Shown piece after piece: positions 1-8,444 of a stretch of DNA of 51,901 nucleotides; the first letter of the stretch is position 1; the number at the start of each line of letters is the position of its first letter. The stretch spans positions 1 to 51,901 of the forward strand of contig JAUSJH010000021.1 of the NCBI GenBank assembly GCA_030647655.1, in the 5' to 3' direction. The translations under genes were made by a program, and so were the position numbers. The DNA comes from a bacterium. Its GTDB lineage: Bacteria > Patescibacteriota > Minisyncoccia > Phycocordibacterales > UBA2100. Under the pieces are notes generated by a model. That model was given only the letters and a program-made list of their open reading frames with translations, was not told the origin of the DNA and did not search any database.

Positions 1-142
1 TAAAAGGGGTGTGATAGTGTTACGGCATCAACCAGCGCTGATCCAGAGAAGGGGGATCGACCTACAACTCCAGCTAACTGACATTGATACCAACCGAGAC
101 CAAAATCTTTGTCGGTTTACAAACGAAAATTCTACATTGCAT

Positions 143-346
143 ATGCAAACAGGAACAATCGCCCGTCTCACCGACAAGGGTTTCGGGTTCATCAAGCGCG
201 AGGGGCAGGAAAAAGATCTCTTTTTCCACTCCAACGAGCTCGTCGGCGTATCGTTCGACGAACTTCGCGAAGGTGACACAGTGAGCTTTGAAGTCGCTGA
301 CAGCCCGAAGGGGCCTAACGCGGTCAAGGTCTCCCGCGTCTCTTAA
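143..346 (+). CDS. cspA: Cold-shock domain protein
   Basis: MQTGTIARLTDKGFGFI...DLFFH...KGPNAVKV: RNP1/RNP2 motifs, 67 aa; ATG at 143. Confidence 0.93.
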   Translation: MQTGTIARLTDKGFGFIKREGQEKDLFFHSNELVGVSFDELREGDTVSFEVADSPKGPNAVKVSRVS

Positions 347-361
347 GACTTCGGTCTTGAC

Positions 362-400
362 AAAAAACGCCCCCGCCAGTTGGCGGGGGCGTTTTGTTTT
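362..400 (+). terminator. Intrinsic terminator, probably bidirectional
   Basis: AAAACGCCCCCGCCA-GT-TGGCGGGGGCGTTTT hairpin with T and A tracts after csp. Confidence 0.85.
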
Positions 401-438
401 GTGACATCCGTTGGCGTAATGGTAGAATGGAGCTGTGG

Positions 439-561
439 ATCCCGTTAGAAGCTACGGAAGTTCAGTAGAGCATAGGCGCGTGGTATGTTTCGTAGATAAT
501 AGAATAGTTACTAGATATAAACACGAGTCGGAAGCGCAAGCTTCCTGCTTCTAAACGGGAT
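439..561. repeat. Divergent MITE-like inverted-repeat element
   Basis: ATCCCGTTAGAAGC (439-452) ... GCTTCTAAACGGGAT (547-561); TGGA on both outer sides (436-439, 561-564). Confidence 0.55.
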
Positions 562-928
562 GGACATACGCATCAAGGCAGCGAATCATGAACTTGCTCA
601 AGAGACGCGAAATTACCTCGACGAACGTCTAGCCTCGCTCGAGAAATTCCTCGGCGACGACACATCGCTCGTGCGCTGTGAAGTGGAATTGGGCCGCGAC
701 GCAGGCCGCCCGCGGCACGGCGCAAACATGTGGTTTGCTGAGATACACATCATAGAGCCGGGGAGCGCGCGCGTGTACGCGCGCAACAATGCCGCCTCTG
801 TGAATGCCGCGATAGATGATGTGAAAGAGGAGGTGGAGCGTCAGCTGCGCCAGAACAAGAAATTACACATGCGTGTATTGCGCAAGACGGGCGCCGCGGT
901 CAAGAGGTGGATGCGGTTTGGAAATTAA
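560..928 (+). CDS. raiA: Ribosome hibernation promoting factor (HPF/RaiA family)
   Basis: MDIRIKAANHELAQETRNYLDERL...AAIDDVKEEVERQLR fits the S30AE/HPF pattern. Confidence 0.85.
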   Translation: MDIRIKAANHELAQETRNYLDERLASLEKFLGDDTSLVRCEVELGRDAGRPRHGANMWFAEIHIIEPGSARVYARNNAASVNAAIDDVKEEVERQLRQNKKLHMRVLRKTGAAVKRWMRFGN

Positions 929-1806
929 ATCGCTCGGGCTCCCGAGCGCAGGAAATCCTGATATACCATTTCTTTTTTGCCTTCGGGCTTCACTATGTCG
1001 ATAACGAGCTTCTCGTTCTCTATATGGGCGTCGAGGATGCCGACGCGGATTTTCTTCCCGTTTCGCTCGAAGAAAGCGTGTGTGCCGACCGTCGTGTCGA
1101 ATGCGCGTATTTTCAGAAGATTTTTATACGGGTCACCGTTCAAATCTAGAAGGGCGTCTTCCTTTGTGTATTTTGGGCACAGCGTTGCGATATCGTGATT
1201 CTGCTCGCGCGCTTCGATATCTCCCTCGAGCCAACTCGGCAGTATATTGATGAGAAGCTTGGCGCTCTCGTGCGTAGCAGTCTCCTCCAGCTCGCTCGCT
1301 TTTGGAGGCCATTCTGGTGTGACCAATTTCTTTTGCGCGATAACGGGCCCGTGGTCTATCTTTTCGTCGAGTAAAATAATCGATATCCCCACTTCACGAT
1401 CATCATTCGCTATGGCCGCGCGCACTGGCGAGGTGCCGCGCCACCGCGGCAAGAGAGAAAAGTGGATGTTGAGCGTACCGTGCCTCGGAATATCTAAGAC
1501 AGCGCGCGGCAGGACTTTGCCGTAATAGATAACAATAAACAGCTCACAGTTCACAGCTGACAGTTGACGGTAAAATTCGTCGTCAAGTTTTTCTGGTTGG
1601 AGAACAGGGATTTTTCGCTTCTCTGCCCACTCTTTTGTCGGTGGGGAAACAACCTCTAGCCCACGTCCACGGGGTTTGTCGGGCACCGTCACAACGAGTG
1701 AAGGCACGAGCGACGCCCCCGCAAGTTCGTCCAAAAAAACGCATGCGAGTTTCGGCGTGCCGAAAAACGCGAATTTGACATCATTATTTTTCTTTGGGTT
1801 CGTCAT
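925..1806 (-). CDS. fmt: Methionyl-tRNA formyltransferase
   Basis: FFGTP, VVTVPDKPRGRG, LNIHFSLLPRWRGTSP motifs; start at MTNPKK (1806); follows def. Confidence 0.95.
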   Translation of the reverse strand: MTNPKKNNDVKFAFFGTPKLACVFLDELAGASLVPSLVVTVPDKPRGRGLEVVSPPTKEWAEKRKIPVLQPEKLDDEFYRQLSAVNCELFIVIYYGKVLPRAVLDIPRHGTLNIHFSLLPRWRGTSPVRAAIANDDREVGISIILLDEKIDHGPVIAQKKLVTPEWPPKASELEETATHESAKLLINILPSWLEGDIEAREQNHDIATLCPKYTKEDALLDLNGDPYKNLLKIRAFDTTVGTHAFFERNGKKIRVGILDAHIENEKLVIDIVKPEGKKEMVYQDFLRSGARAI

Positions 1807-2329
1807 ATACCTTTTTCGACTTGTCTGTATAGAGAATACCCTCGAGGTGGTCCATTTCGTGCTGGAATACATGTGCGAGAAAACCAGAGGCGCCGCGAGT
1901 AAATGGCTGACCCTTCTCGTCGTACGCGCGCACGCTCGCTTTCTCGGCGCGCGCGACCATGCCCCATTTGCCGCGAATGGAAAGGCAACCTTCATGTTTC
2001 TCTTTTTTCATCCGCGACATCTTCGTTATGACGGGGTTGATATATATTTGGTCCGGTGGGGGAGGCAATTGCGACTCCGCGTTCTTTTCTGGTTCATCCG
2101 GCGAGTTACGCGAATCTCTGGCAAGCGCTCTTCCAGAAACGATAAAAAGTCGCAGGGGCTCGCCAACCTGCGGGGCTGCCAGCGCGACTCCATATTCTTC
2201 TTTCGCCAAGAGAGCTTTCATCTCGGCGATGAGTTTCTGGATGCGTGTGCCGCGAATGTCGGCAACGGAAACATCCGTGGCGCGCAGGCGCAGTGCAGGG
2301 TTTTCCTTTTCGGGCAAAATGACATGCAT
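1784..2329 (-). CDS. def: Peptide deformylase
   Basis: GVALAAPQVG, EGCLS and QHEMDHLEG motifs; start MHVILPE at 2329. Confidence 0.96.
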   Translation of the reverse strand: MHVILPEKENPALRLRATDVSVADIRGTRIQKLIAEMKALLAKEEYGVALAAPQVGEPLRLFIVSGRALARDSRNSPDEPEKNAESQLPPPPDQIYINPVITKMSRMKKEKHEGCLSIRGKWGMVARAEKASVRAYDEKGQPFTRGASGFLAHVFQHEMDHLEGILYTDKSKKVYDEPKEK

Positions 2330-2357
2330 AAGAGAAACTATATGGTTGAAAAGGATA

Positions 2358-2580
2358 AAAAGAAAGCGTCCCACCGATGGCAGAACGCTGAAGGGTGGGG
2401 GGAGCAGAAGCCAAGATTCATGGATTTGAGTTATGCCCCGATCCATGACGACTCCTCCGCTTGACGAGAGCGGCACAGGGCGACGATCTGCGTCTCCCCC
2501 TCAGCTCCGGCGGAGCCATACTCGACCTCCGAGAGATCTGGCTGCAACTGCCGAAGCAACTAAAACTACGGGCTTTATAA
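2358..2580 (-). ncRNA. Putative structured non-coding RNA, family unknown
   Basis: Intergenic; nested stems CCCACC/GGTGGG, GGGGGAG/CTCCCCC, TCATGGAT/ATCCATGA, CCGC/GCGG, GCTCCG/CGGAGC; minus-strand TACAAT at 2586-2591 and T-rich end near 2358. Confidence 0.4.
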
Positions 2581-2610
2581 CACCTATTGTATGCACTGTA
2601 TACTGGCTCT

Positions 2611-2883
2611 GTGAAGCACATCGCCACACATCTCAAACACTCGATAAAAGACGCACACATCACGGAACGTGGAGAACTCATGGAGTACTTTTGCGAGAGG
2701 CTCAATCGAGACCGTACGCAAGACGGTTACTCCAAAATAACGCTAGGACGCATGGGAAAGACATTGGAAAAGATACCAACCAAAGACCTTTATTACTTAA
2801 AGAAAGTTTGCGATGACGCGGGCAATTTTTCCAAGAAATTCTGGTATCTATTAAATCCTAAGAAACATCAGGAAGAAAGGTGA
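2611..2883 (+). CDS. Small basic hypothetical protein
   Basis: ORF ...TERGELMEYFCERLN...DLYYLKKVC...FSKKFWYLL; TATACT (2599-2604) 6 nt before GTG 2611. Confidence 0.75.
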   Translation: MKHIATHLKHSIKDAHITERGELMEYFCERLNRDRTQDGYSKITLGRMGKTLEKIPTKDLYYLKKVCDDAGNFSKKFWYLLNPKKHQEER

Positions 2884-3085
2884 AAGGGCCGCCGCACGAT
2901 GGTGCGCAGATATGCGGCGGCCCAGTCTATCGTCCGACGGTACTCAAATCGGACGAAAGCTCGAAATCGGCGAAAAGAGCTGGGGTTGGCGAACGCCGGC
3001 AGGTACGTGTTGCCGGCATCCGCCTACCAGTTTGTTCGACCGGAGGCTTAGGGAGGCCAAGGAATCCGGTCGAACTTACCGACCT
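2881..3085 (-). ncRNA. Putative ~200-nt structured non-coding RNA, family unknown
   Basis: Five consecutive hairpins; minus-strand TTGACA-16-TACTAT promoter (3116-3089); terminal GC hairpin followed by TTTC; one stem is complete only with G-U pairs on the minus strand. Confidence 0.55.
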
Positions 3086-3149
3086 GAAATAGTAATAATT
3101 TCATGCATTTTGTCAAACTCTGCTTTGCAGATACAATGGTTCTCCTCTT

Positions 3150-4166
3150 ATGGCATTCTCATTTTCACCTAAGTTGGGCATAGACCTCGGCACGACGACC
3201 GTGCTGGTCTTTCTACCCGGCAAGGGCATCGTCTTGAACGAGCCCTCCGTCGTCGCCGTGTCGGTGCGCGACAACAAAATACTCGCAGTGGGTAACGAGG
3301 CAAAAGAAATGGTGGGCCGCACTCCGGATGAAATAATCGCGTACCGACCGATGAAAGACGGAGTCATCGCGGATTACCGCGTGACGGAGGCGATGTTGCG
3401 CTATTACATCAAGAAGTCCCTCGGGAAATGGAACCTTTTCCGACCCGAAGTCATGATTTCCGTCCCCGCGGGGGTGACCTCGACCGAGCGGCGCGCGGTC
3501 GTCGAGGCGGCGACAAAAGCCGGCGCGCGCGAAGCATACGTGGTCAAGGAGCCGATACTCGCGGCAATTGGAGCGGGCATTCCCATACACGAGGCGCGCG
3601 GGCATATGATAGTGGACATCGGAGGCGGTACCTCGGACGTCGCGGTGATTTCCCTCGGCGGCATCGTCGCTTCGACTTCGGTGAAATGCGCCGGCAATGC
3701 AATAGATCACGCGATAGCTGATTACATCAAGAAGACCTACAACCTCGGTATCGGCGACAAAACGGCGGAGGAGGTGAAGATACAAATCGGCTCGGCGGTG
3801 CCCGTGGAACAGGAGCTCACGATGACGGTGAAGGGACGCGATTACCTGACCGGTCTTCCGCGATCCATCGAGATAGGGACCAATGAGATAGTGCGTGCGA
3901 TAGGTAAGGAGTTGCGCACGATGGTGAACGCGATGAAGGACGTCTTGCAGGAAACACCGCCGGAATTGGCCGCCGACATCATAGACAACGGCATAATCAT
4001 GACGGGCGGCTCATCACTTTTGCGCAATCTCGCCGAACTAGTCTTCCGACGGACGGGAGTGAAAGCGCGCGTCGCCAAAGACGCGCCATATTGCGTTGCG
4101 AAGGGGACAGGCGAAGCGCTCAAGCATCTGGACGCATATAAGAAGGCGATAATCTCAAAACGATAG
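3150..4166 (+). CDS. mreB: Rod shape-determining protein MreB, copy 1
   Basis: GIDLGT, NEPSVVA, PMKDGVIAD, DIGGGT and TGGSSLL actin-like motifs. Confidence 0.95.
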   Translation: MAFSFSPKLGIDLGTTTVLVFLPGKGIVLNEPSVVAVSVRDNKILAVGNEAKEMVGRTPDEIIAYRPMKDGVIADYRVTEAMLRYYIKKSLGKWNLFRPEVMISVPAGVTSTERRAVVEAATKAGAREAYVVKEPILAAIGAGIPIHEARGHMIVDIGGGTSDVAVISLGGIVASTSVKCAGNAIDHAIADYIKKTYNLGIGDKTAEEVKIQIGSAVPVEQELTMTVKGRDYLTGLPRSIEIGTNEIVRAIGKELRTMVNAMKDVLQETPPELAADIIDNGIIMTGGSSLLRNLAELVFRRTGVKARVAKDAPYCVAKGTGEALKHLDAYKKAIISKR

Positions 4167-4254
4167 TCTATTTGACCCCGCCGCCGTGTCGTATTAGTGT
4201 TGTCCGCGGAAGTGATGCGGTAGCACCGCGTCGCGTAATGGTCGGAGGACTACG

Positions 4255-4644
4255 ATGCCCACGAAAAAACCAAAGCTCAATGTGGCGGCTTATGCCGAGG
4301 GCATCCGTATCGCCCTCGCGATGCTCGATGATCTCGGTTTGACCCTGCTGGAAAAAGTCCGGTTGTTCGGCCTTGACGGACGGATGGTCGGCGAAGACGT
4401 TGCGGCTTTTGAGCGACAACTGACGCTGATGCGAAGCTTCGACATTGAGGCCCGCTACGAACTCGTCTTTGACATCAAATCGCGATTGGAAGGGCTGTTC
4501 GGCGTCGATTCCGAAGAGCAGCGTCACTGGATTGAAAAGACGCACCACCAGCTCGACGGTCGCACGTTCAAATCGTTACTCGTCTCAGGCCAGATGGCCG
4601 AGCTCGAGCGTGCTGAAGGTTTTTTGTACCAAATTACCGGCTAA
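4255..4644 (+). CDS. Hypothetical protein with possible Xre/MbcA/ParS-like antitoxin C-terminal domain
   Basis: C-terminus RHWIEKTHHQLDGRTFKSLLVSGQ resembles the W..P...LgG..P..ll toxin-binding pattern; GGAGGA Shine-Dalgarno. Confidence 0.5.
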   Translation: MPTKKPKLNVAAYAEGIRIALAMLDDLGLTLLEKVRLFGLDGRMVGEDVAAFERQLTLMRSFDIEARYELVFDIKSRLEGLFGVDSEEQRHWIEKTHHQLDGRTFKSLLVSGQMAELERAEGFLYQITG

Positions 4645-4661
4645 TCGAAAGCCGCAACAAA

Positions 4662-4697
4662 GCCGCGAGTTGGCCACGAGCCACTCGCGGCCTTCTC
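4662..4697 (+). terminator. Hairpin, probable terminator
   Basis: GCCGCGAGT(T)GGC-CACGA-GCCACTCGCGGC followed by CTTCTC. Confidence 0.55.
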
Positions 4698-4719
4698 ATT
4701 TGTGCATCGTCATACTGTG

Positions 4720-5470
4720 ATCCAAGAGGCGTCACCTCTTGGATTTGAACTCGCGGTTGAGGTCGGCGTAATAGTCGCGCATTTCAGCGAGCACCACGGA
4801 AAATCGCGGAAGACGGTCTATCAAGACGCTTCGTGCCGATTCATCCAGAATACCTCGCTCTATTCGCTCGATATCGCTTGCGTAGTCGGGGAAACTGGAA
4901 AATGGATACTGCGCGAGTTTTCGCTGAAGCGCAACCAGATTGGACACCTTACCGCGCTTCCACGAATGCTCGAATATTTCTACGGCATTAAGATGGATAT
5001 ATTGAGCAACTCGGTATAGGTATGTGTCGGTTGATACGTGCTTTGAACGAAACGGCTTCACGAAGATGTTGCCGACGCGGCCATGTTTTTCGTTGAAATA
5101 CATGCTGTATCCAGTGCCAACTTTCTGCATGAATCTCGATATGCCATCATCCTCGATCTCTTGAATAAGGAGATGGTAGTGATTCCTCATCAAACTATAT
5201 GCGCCAATCGCGACTATGGGACGTGTCCGGGGCATTCGAAGGATATCTTCATGTTTCCGGTGATAAAAGTTTTCACGCCGAATGGGCTCACTATCATTAG
5301 CCAGATAAAGTAACTCGGTGAATCGCTCCGCATCACGTTCATCCGTGAAGACAATACGCTTGTCTATGCCACGGGAGTAGCAGTGATACCACTCATCGGG
5401 CGCGAACGGTACTCGCCTGTACCCCATTACTCCAGCCTAGCACAAATCCAAGAGGTGACGCCTCTTGGAT
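4720..5470 (-). mobile_element. HUH transposase bracketed by 28-bp palindromic (REP-like) inverted repeats
   Basis: 4720-4747 ATCCAAGAGG-CGTCA-CCTCTTGGAT-TTG is the exact reverse complement of 5443-5470. Confidence 0.85.
4732..5427 (-). CDS. REP-associated tyrosine transposase (RAYT / Y1_Tnp, IS200-like HUH)
   Basis: YHCYSRG, YSLMRNHYHLL (HUH), YFNEKHGRVGNIF and YIHLN (catalytic Tyr) motifs. Confidence 0.9.
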   Translation of the reverse strand: MGYRRVPFAPDEWYHCYSRGIDKRIVFTDERDAERFTELLYLANDSEPIRRENFYHRKHEDILRMPRTRPIVAIGAYSLMRNHYHLLIQEIEDDGISRFMQKVGTGYSMYFNEKHGRVGNIFVKPFRSKHVSTDTYLYRVAQYIHLNAVEIFEHSWKRGKVSNLVALQRKLAQYPFSSFPDYASDIERIERGILDESARSVLIDRLPRFSVVLAEMRDYYADLNREFKSKR

Positions 5471-5472
5471 TC

Positions 5473-5913
5473 TTATTGCTTCGGTTGCTGGAGCCTTTCA
5501 ATATCCTGCATGAGTTTACGCAAGTCGCTCTGAATATCCACGAGCGTTTTTTTCTGGTCGGCCTTGCGTGCATCATCCTCCGTCTCGTCCTCGGTAATTT
5601 CCTCGACGTCCTCCTGCAGTTCATCCACATCTTCCTGAATTTCACCAATGTCCTCCTGCATCTCCTCGACGTCCTCTCCGATGTCCTCGACCGCTTCGGT
5701 CGTGTAGTTGATGGTCATCTGGATAAGCAGAGAAAGATAGATAGCCTCGAGCGAGACTATGGTGGTGAGAATGAGAAGCATCTCCTCGAAAGGGACGTAG
5801 TCGTAATGCACCGCGAGAAAGCTTGCGATAAAAAGGACGGTGTGGATTATGAGGGAAGCCGGCGAACCCACCCATCGCGTGACGGCGAGCGCGGTCTTTT
5901 GTATCCTCTTCAT
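5473..5913 (-). CDS. DUF1003-like membrane protein with acidic coiled-coil tail
   Basis: RWVGSPASLIIHT...LLILTTIVSLEAIYLSLLIQM, then EDVEEMQ heptad repeats. Confidence 0.75.
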   Translation of the reverse strand: MKRIQKTALAVTRWVGSPASLIIHTVLFIASFLAVHYDYVPFEEMLLILTTIVSLEAIYLSLLIQMTINYTTEAVEDIGEDVEEMQEDIGEIQEDVDELQEDVEEITEDETEDDARKADQKKTLVDIQSDLRKLMQDIERLQQPKQ

Positions 5914-5920
5914 GCGAGGA

Positions 5921-6026
5921 GTATACCCCGTGAGATAAGAGAATCTTGGGTTATCCACTTGCTCGGATGTGTGTAACTTTTTGTATGTTGGCATCAAAAT
6001 CGGCAGGACTATCTCATGGGGTATAC
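5921..6026. repeat. MITE-like inverted-repeat element, copy 1
   Basis: GTATACCCCGTGAGATA (5921-5937), 72-bp spacer, TATCTCATGGGGTATAC (6010-6026). Confidence 0.8.
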
Positions 6027-6050
6027 CCCGTGTATTGCTATACTGGATCA

Positions 6051-6710
6051 ATGCAATCGAGGCTTGTGGGTAACGTGCAACTTGTCGCCGGGGACGCCAA
6101 TCTCATTCCAGAGGTACTCGCGCTTCTCAAAGACAATGGTATGAAAGTAGAGGGTAATCCTGATGTGTATGTGCGCGAGTATAAGTACTTCAGTGTCGAC
6201 GACGCGCGCGAGCTACGCGAGCGCGCATCGCTCCGGCCTTTGGGCGAGCGGCGTGTTTTCATAATAGCGGCGCCGGACATGAACCACAACGCACAGAACG
6301 CGCTTTTGAAAATCCTTGAAGAGCCATCGGCGAACGCCCTTTTCTTCTTTATCGTTCCGGCGCCGCACGCACTTCTCGCGACACTCCGCTCGCGCGCCCA
6401 GATGCTCACGCTGGGCGCACATGCAGGCCCGTATTCAATGATTGATACAAAAGAATTTCTGTCGGCGACGCCCCACAAACGACTTGAGATGTTGAAGCCA
6501 CTCCTTGAAAAAGATGAGGATGAAAAGCGCGACCTTGGTGCCATCCTCGCATTCCTTTCATCGCTTGAGCAGACACTCGCCCATTCGACTAACTCAGGGC
6601 AAGCAAAAAAACCAGAGGGACTTCATGCCGTTTATAGGGCGCGGAAGTATATGGGGGATAAAGGGGCGCTCGTTAAACCACTGCTTGAGCAAATTGCTTT
6701 ACTGATATAA
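6051..6710 (+). CDS. holB: DNA polymerase III delta-prime-like subunit (short form)
   Basis: SVDDAREL...AQNALLKILEEP...LLATLRSR clamp-loader motifs. Confidence 0.8.
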   Translation: MQSRLVGNVQLVAGDANLIPEVLALLKDNGMKVEGNPDVYVREYKYFSVDDARELRERASLRPLGERRVFIIAAPDMNHNAQNALLKILEEPSANALFFFIVPAPHALLATLRSRAQMLTLGAHAGPYSMIDTKEFLSATPHKRLEMLKPLLEKDEDEKRDLGAILAFLSSLEQTLAHSTNSGQAKKPEGLHAVYRARKYMGDKGALVKPLLEQIALLI

Positions 6711-6738
6711 TCGTTTCGCTGGGCTATAATACCCCAAT

Positions 6739-7293
6739 ATGGCAAACTACGACTTCAAGATATTCGACACCAAGATTGCTGATGCGCGGGAATGGCTCGC
6801 GCGTGAGTATCGCGGCTTCCGTACGGGGCGCGCGGCTCCTGCCATTCTCGAAGGGGTGTCCGTCTCTGCGTACGGCTCGATGACACCCTTGAAACAAGTG
6901 GCGAATGTCGGTGTCGAAGACGCGCGGACACTGCGTGTGAGCGCCTACGACGCTGGGCTTATCAAAGATATAGAGAAAGCTATTTCCTCGGCAAATCTTG
7001 GCGTAGGCACGTCCTCCGACGGTGCGAATGTCCGCGTCACATTTCCCGAGCTCACATCCGAGCGCAGAGAACAACTCGTGAAGCTCGCCAAAGGCAAATT
7101 GGAAGAAGCGCGTACGACCGTGCGCATCGCTCGCGATGAAGCATGGAAAGAAATACAGACGCGCGAGAAAGAGGGCACGCTGACCGAAGACGACAAGTTC
7201 GCTCTCAAAGAAGAGTTGCAAAAGAAAGTGGATAAGGCAAATGAGGAATTGGAAAGTGCGTTCGAGAGTAAGGAGAAAGAGATGAGTGCGTAA
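6739..7293 (+). CDS. frr: Ribosome recycling factor
   Basis: FRTGRAAP, YGSMTPLKQVA and PELTSERREQLVK motifs. Confidence 0.96.
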   Translation: MANYDFKIFDTKIADAREWLAREYRGFRTGRAAPAILEGVSVSAYGSMTPLKQVANVGVEDARTLRVSAYDAGLIKDIEKAISSANLGVGTSSDGANVRVTFPELTSERREQLVKLAKGKLEEARTTVRIARDEAWKEIQTREKEGTLTEDDKFALKEELQKKVDKANEELESAFESKEKEMSA

Positions 7294-7295
7294 GT

Positions 7296-8387
7296 ATGCT
7301 GACCGCGCTTCTCGTCATCGCTATACTCGTCCTGCTTATTGTTGCGCACGAGCTCGGGCATTTTATCGTTGCAAAGGTTTTTCGGGTCCGCGTGGAGGAA
7401 TTCGGAGTTGGGTATCCGCCGCGTGCGTTTACGCTCGGGAAATGGGGCGGCACCGAATACACCATCAATTGGATACCTTTCGGCGGGTTCGTGCGGCTTT
7501 TCGGAGACGTGGGGGAAGGGGAACACGGATATGGAAGCTTGGTGGATTCGCATCGCGGGGTGCAGGCCGCGATTCTCGTCGCCGGAGTTGCGGCAAATGC
7601 CGTCGCGGCGTGGGCACTCTTTGCAGTCGCACTGCACCTTGGTGTGCCGCAGTCGGTGGATGTGCCGCCGGCAAACCAGCCGGTCCATCTTCTTGTTGCG
7701 TATGTCGTTCCCAGCTCGCCGGCATGGGCGGCGGGAATACAAACGAGCGATGAGATAGTCGGCATCAGTAGCAACAAGGGCGAACAACTTGCGACACTCG
7801 CCCCGACTACTGTAATGGATTTCGTGAGAATGCGTGGCGGCAAGCCCATCAGCGTTACGTATATACATGCCGGCGTCACTTCGACCGTGTCTATGACTCC
7901 GGCGAATGCTGTGCTTCCGAACGCCGCAGGACAGCCTGCGCTCGGAATAGCACTCGTACTTGTCGCCAAGGTGTCGCTTCCGTGGGGGGAATCGGCCGAG
8001 CGTGCGCTCACGCAGACGTGGAGCTCGTTCGGACGTGTTGGCTCGGACCTCTGGACGCTCGCGCGCGGCGCTTTGCATGGAGCACCGGATCTCGCTGGCG
8101 TGGTAGGGCCCGTGGGAATCGTGAGCTATGTGGGGGAAGCTTCGCAAAGCGGCTTTGGCGCGATACTCCTTCTCGCCGCTCTTATTTCGGTGAATCTTGC
8201 CATAATAAACCTCATTCCCATTCCCGCACTCGACGGCGGGCGACTCGTCATCCTCGCCGTCGAAGCAATTATGCGACGCGATGCCCCGCGACTCGCGCTT
8301 CAATTACTGAACGCGCTCGGCATCGGGCTCATCATTCTGCTGATGGTCGTCGTAACGTACAACGACGTCGGGCGACTTCTCGCATAA
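7296..8387 (+). CDS. rseP: Site-2 intramembrane metalloprotease (M50, RseP-like) with PDZ region
   Basis: HELGH, IPFGGFV and NLIPIPALDGG motifs. Confidence 0.92.
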   Translation: MLTALLVIAILVLLIVAHELGHFIVAKVFRVRVEEFGVGYPPRAFTLGKWGGTEYTINWIPFGGFVRLFGDVGEGEHGYGSLVDSHRGVQAAILVAGVAANAVAAWALFAVALHLGVPQSVDVPPANQPVHLLVAYVVPSSPAWAAGIQTSDEIVGISSNKGEQLATLAPTTVMDFVRMRGGKPISVTYIHAGVTSTVSMTPANAVLPNAAGQPALGIALVLVAKVSLPWGESAERALTQTWSSFGRVGSDLWTLARGALHGAPDLAGVVGPVGIVSYVGEASQSGFGAILLLAALISVNLAIINLIPIPALDGGRLVILAVEAIMRRDAPRLALQLLNALGIGLIILLMVVVTYNDVGRLLA

Positions 8388-8390
8388 AAT

Positions 8391-8419
8391 AAAAACCCCC
8401 GGTGCCGAGCGGGGGTTTT
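8391..8419. terminator. Bidirectional intrinsic terminator
   Basis: AAAAACCCCCG-GTGCCGAG-CGGGGGTTTT between convergent genes. Confidence 0.8.
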
Positions 8420-8444
8420 GCGTTATCTCGCGAACCTGAGTCGG

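Noticed and set aside
1-142. Structured csp 5' leader as a novel RNA
   Set aside because: Only short hairpins (GATCC/GGATC, AACCGA/TCGGTT); long csp leaders are expected and the region is cut by the window edge
2358-3085. tmRNA, RNase P, SRP RNA or a known riboswitch
   Set aside because: No T-loop with G3-U70 acceptor or tag ORF, no GAGGAAAGTCC, no SRP GGAA/GCAG core, no recognisable aptamer consensus
6945-8303. Long antisense ORFs (e.g. 6945-8303 -, 26297-27373 +, 38010-38846 -)
   Set aside because: Shadows of well-supported genes in moderately GC-rich DNA; no protein motifs
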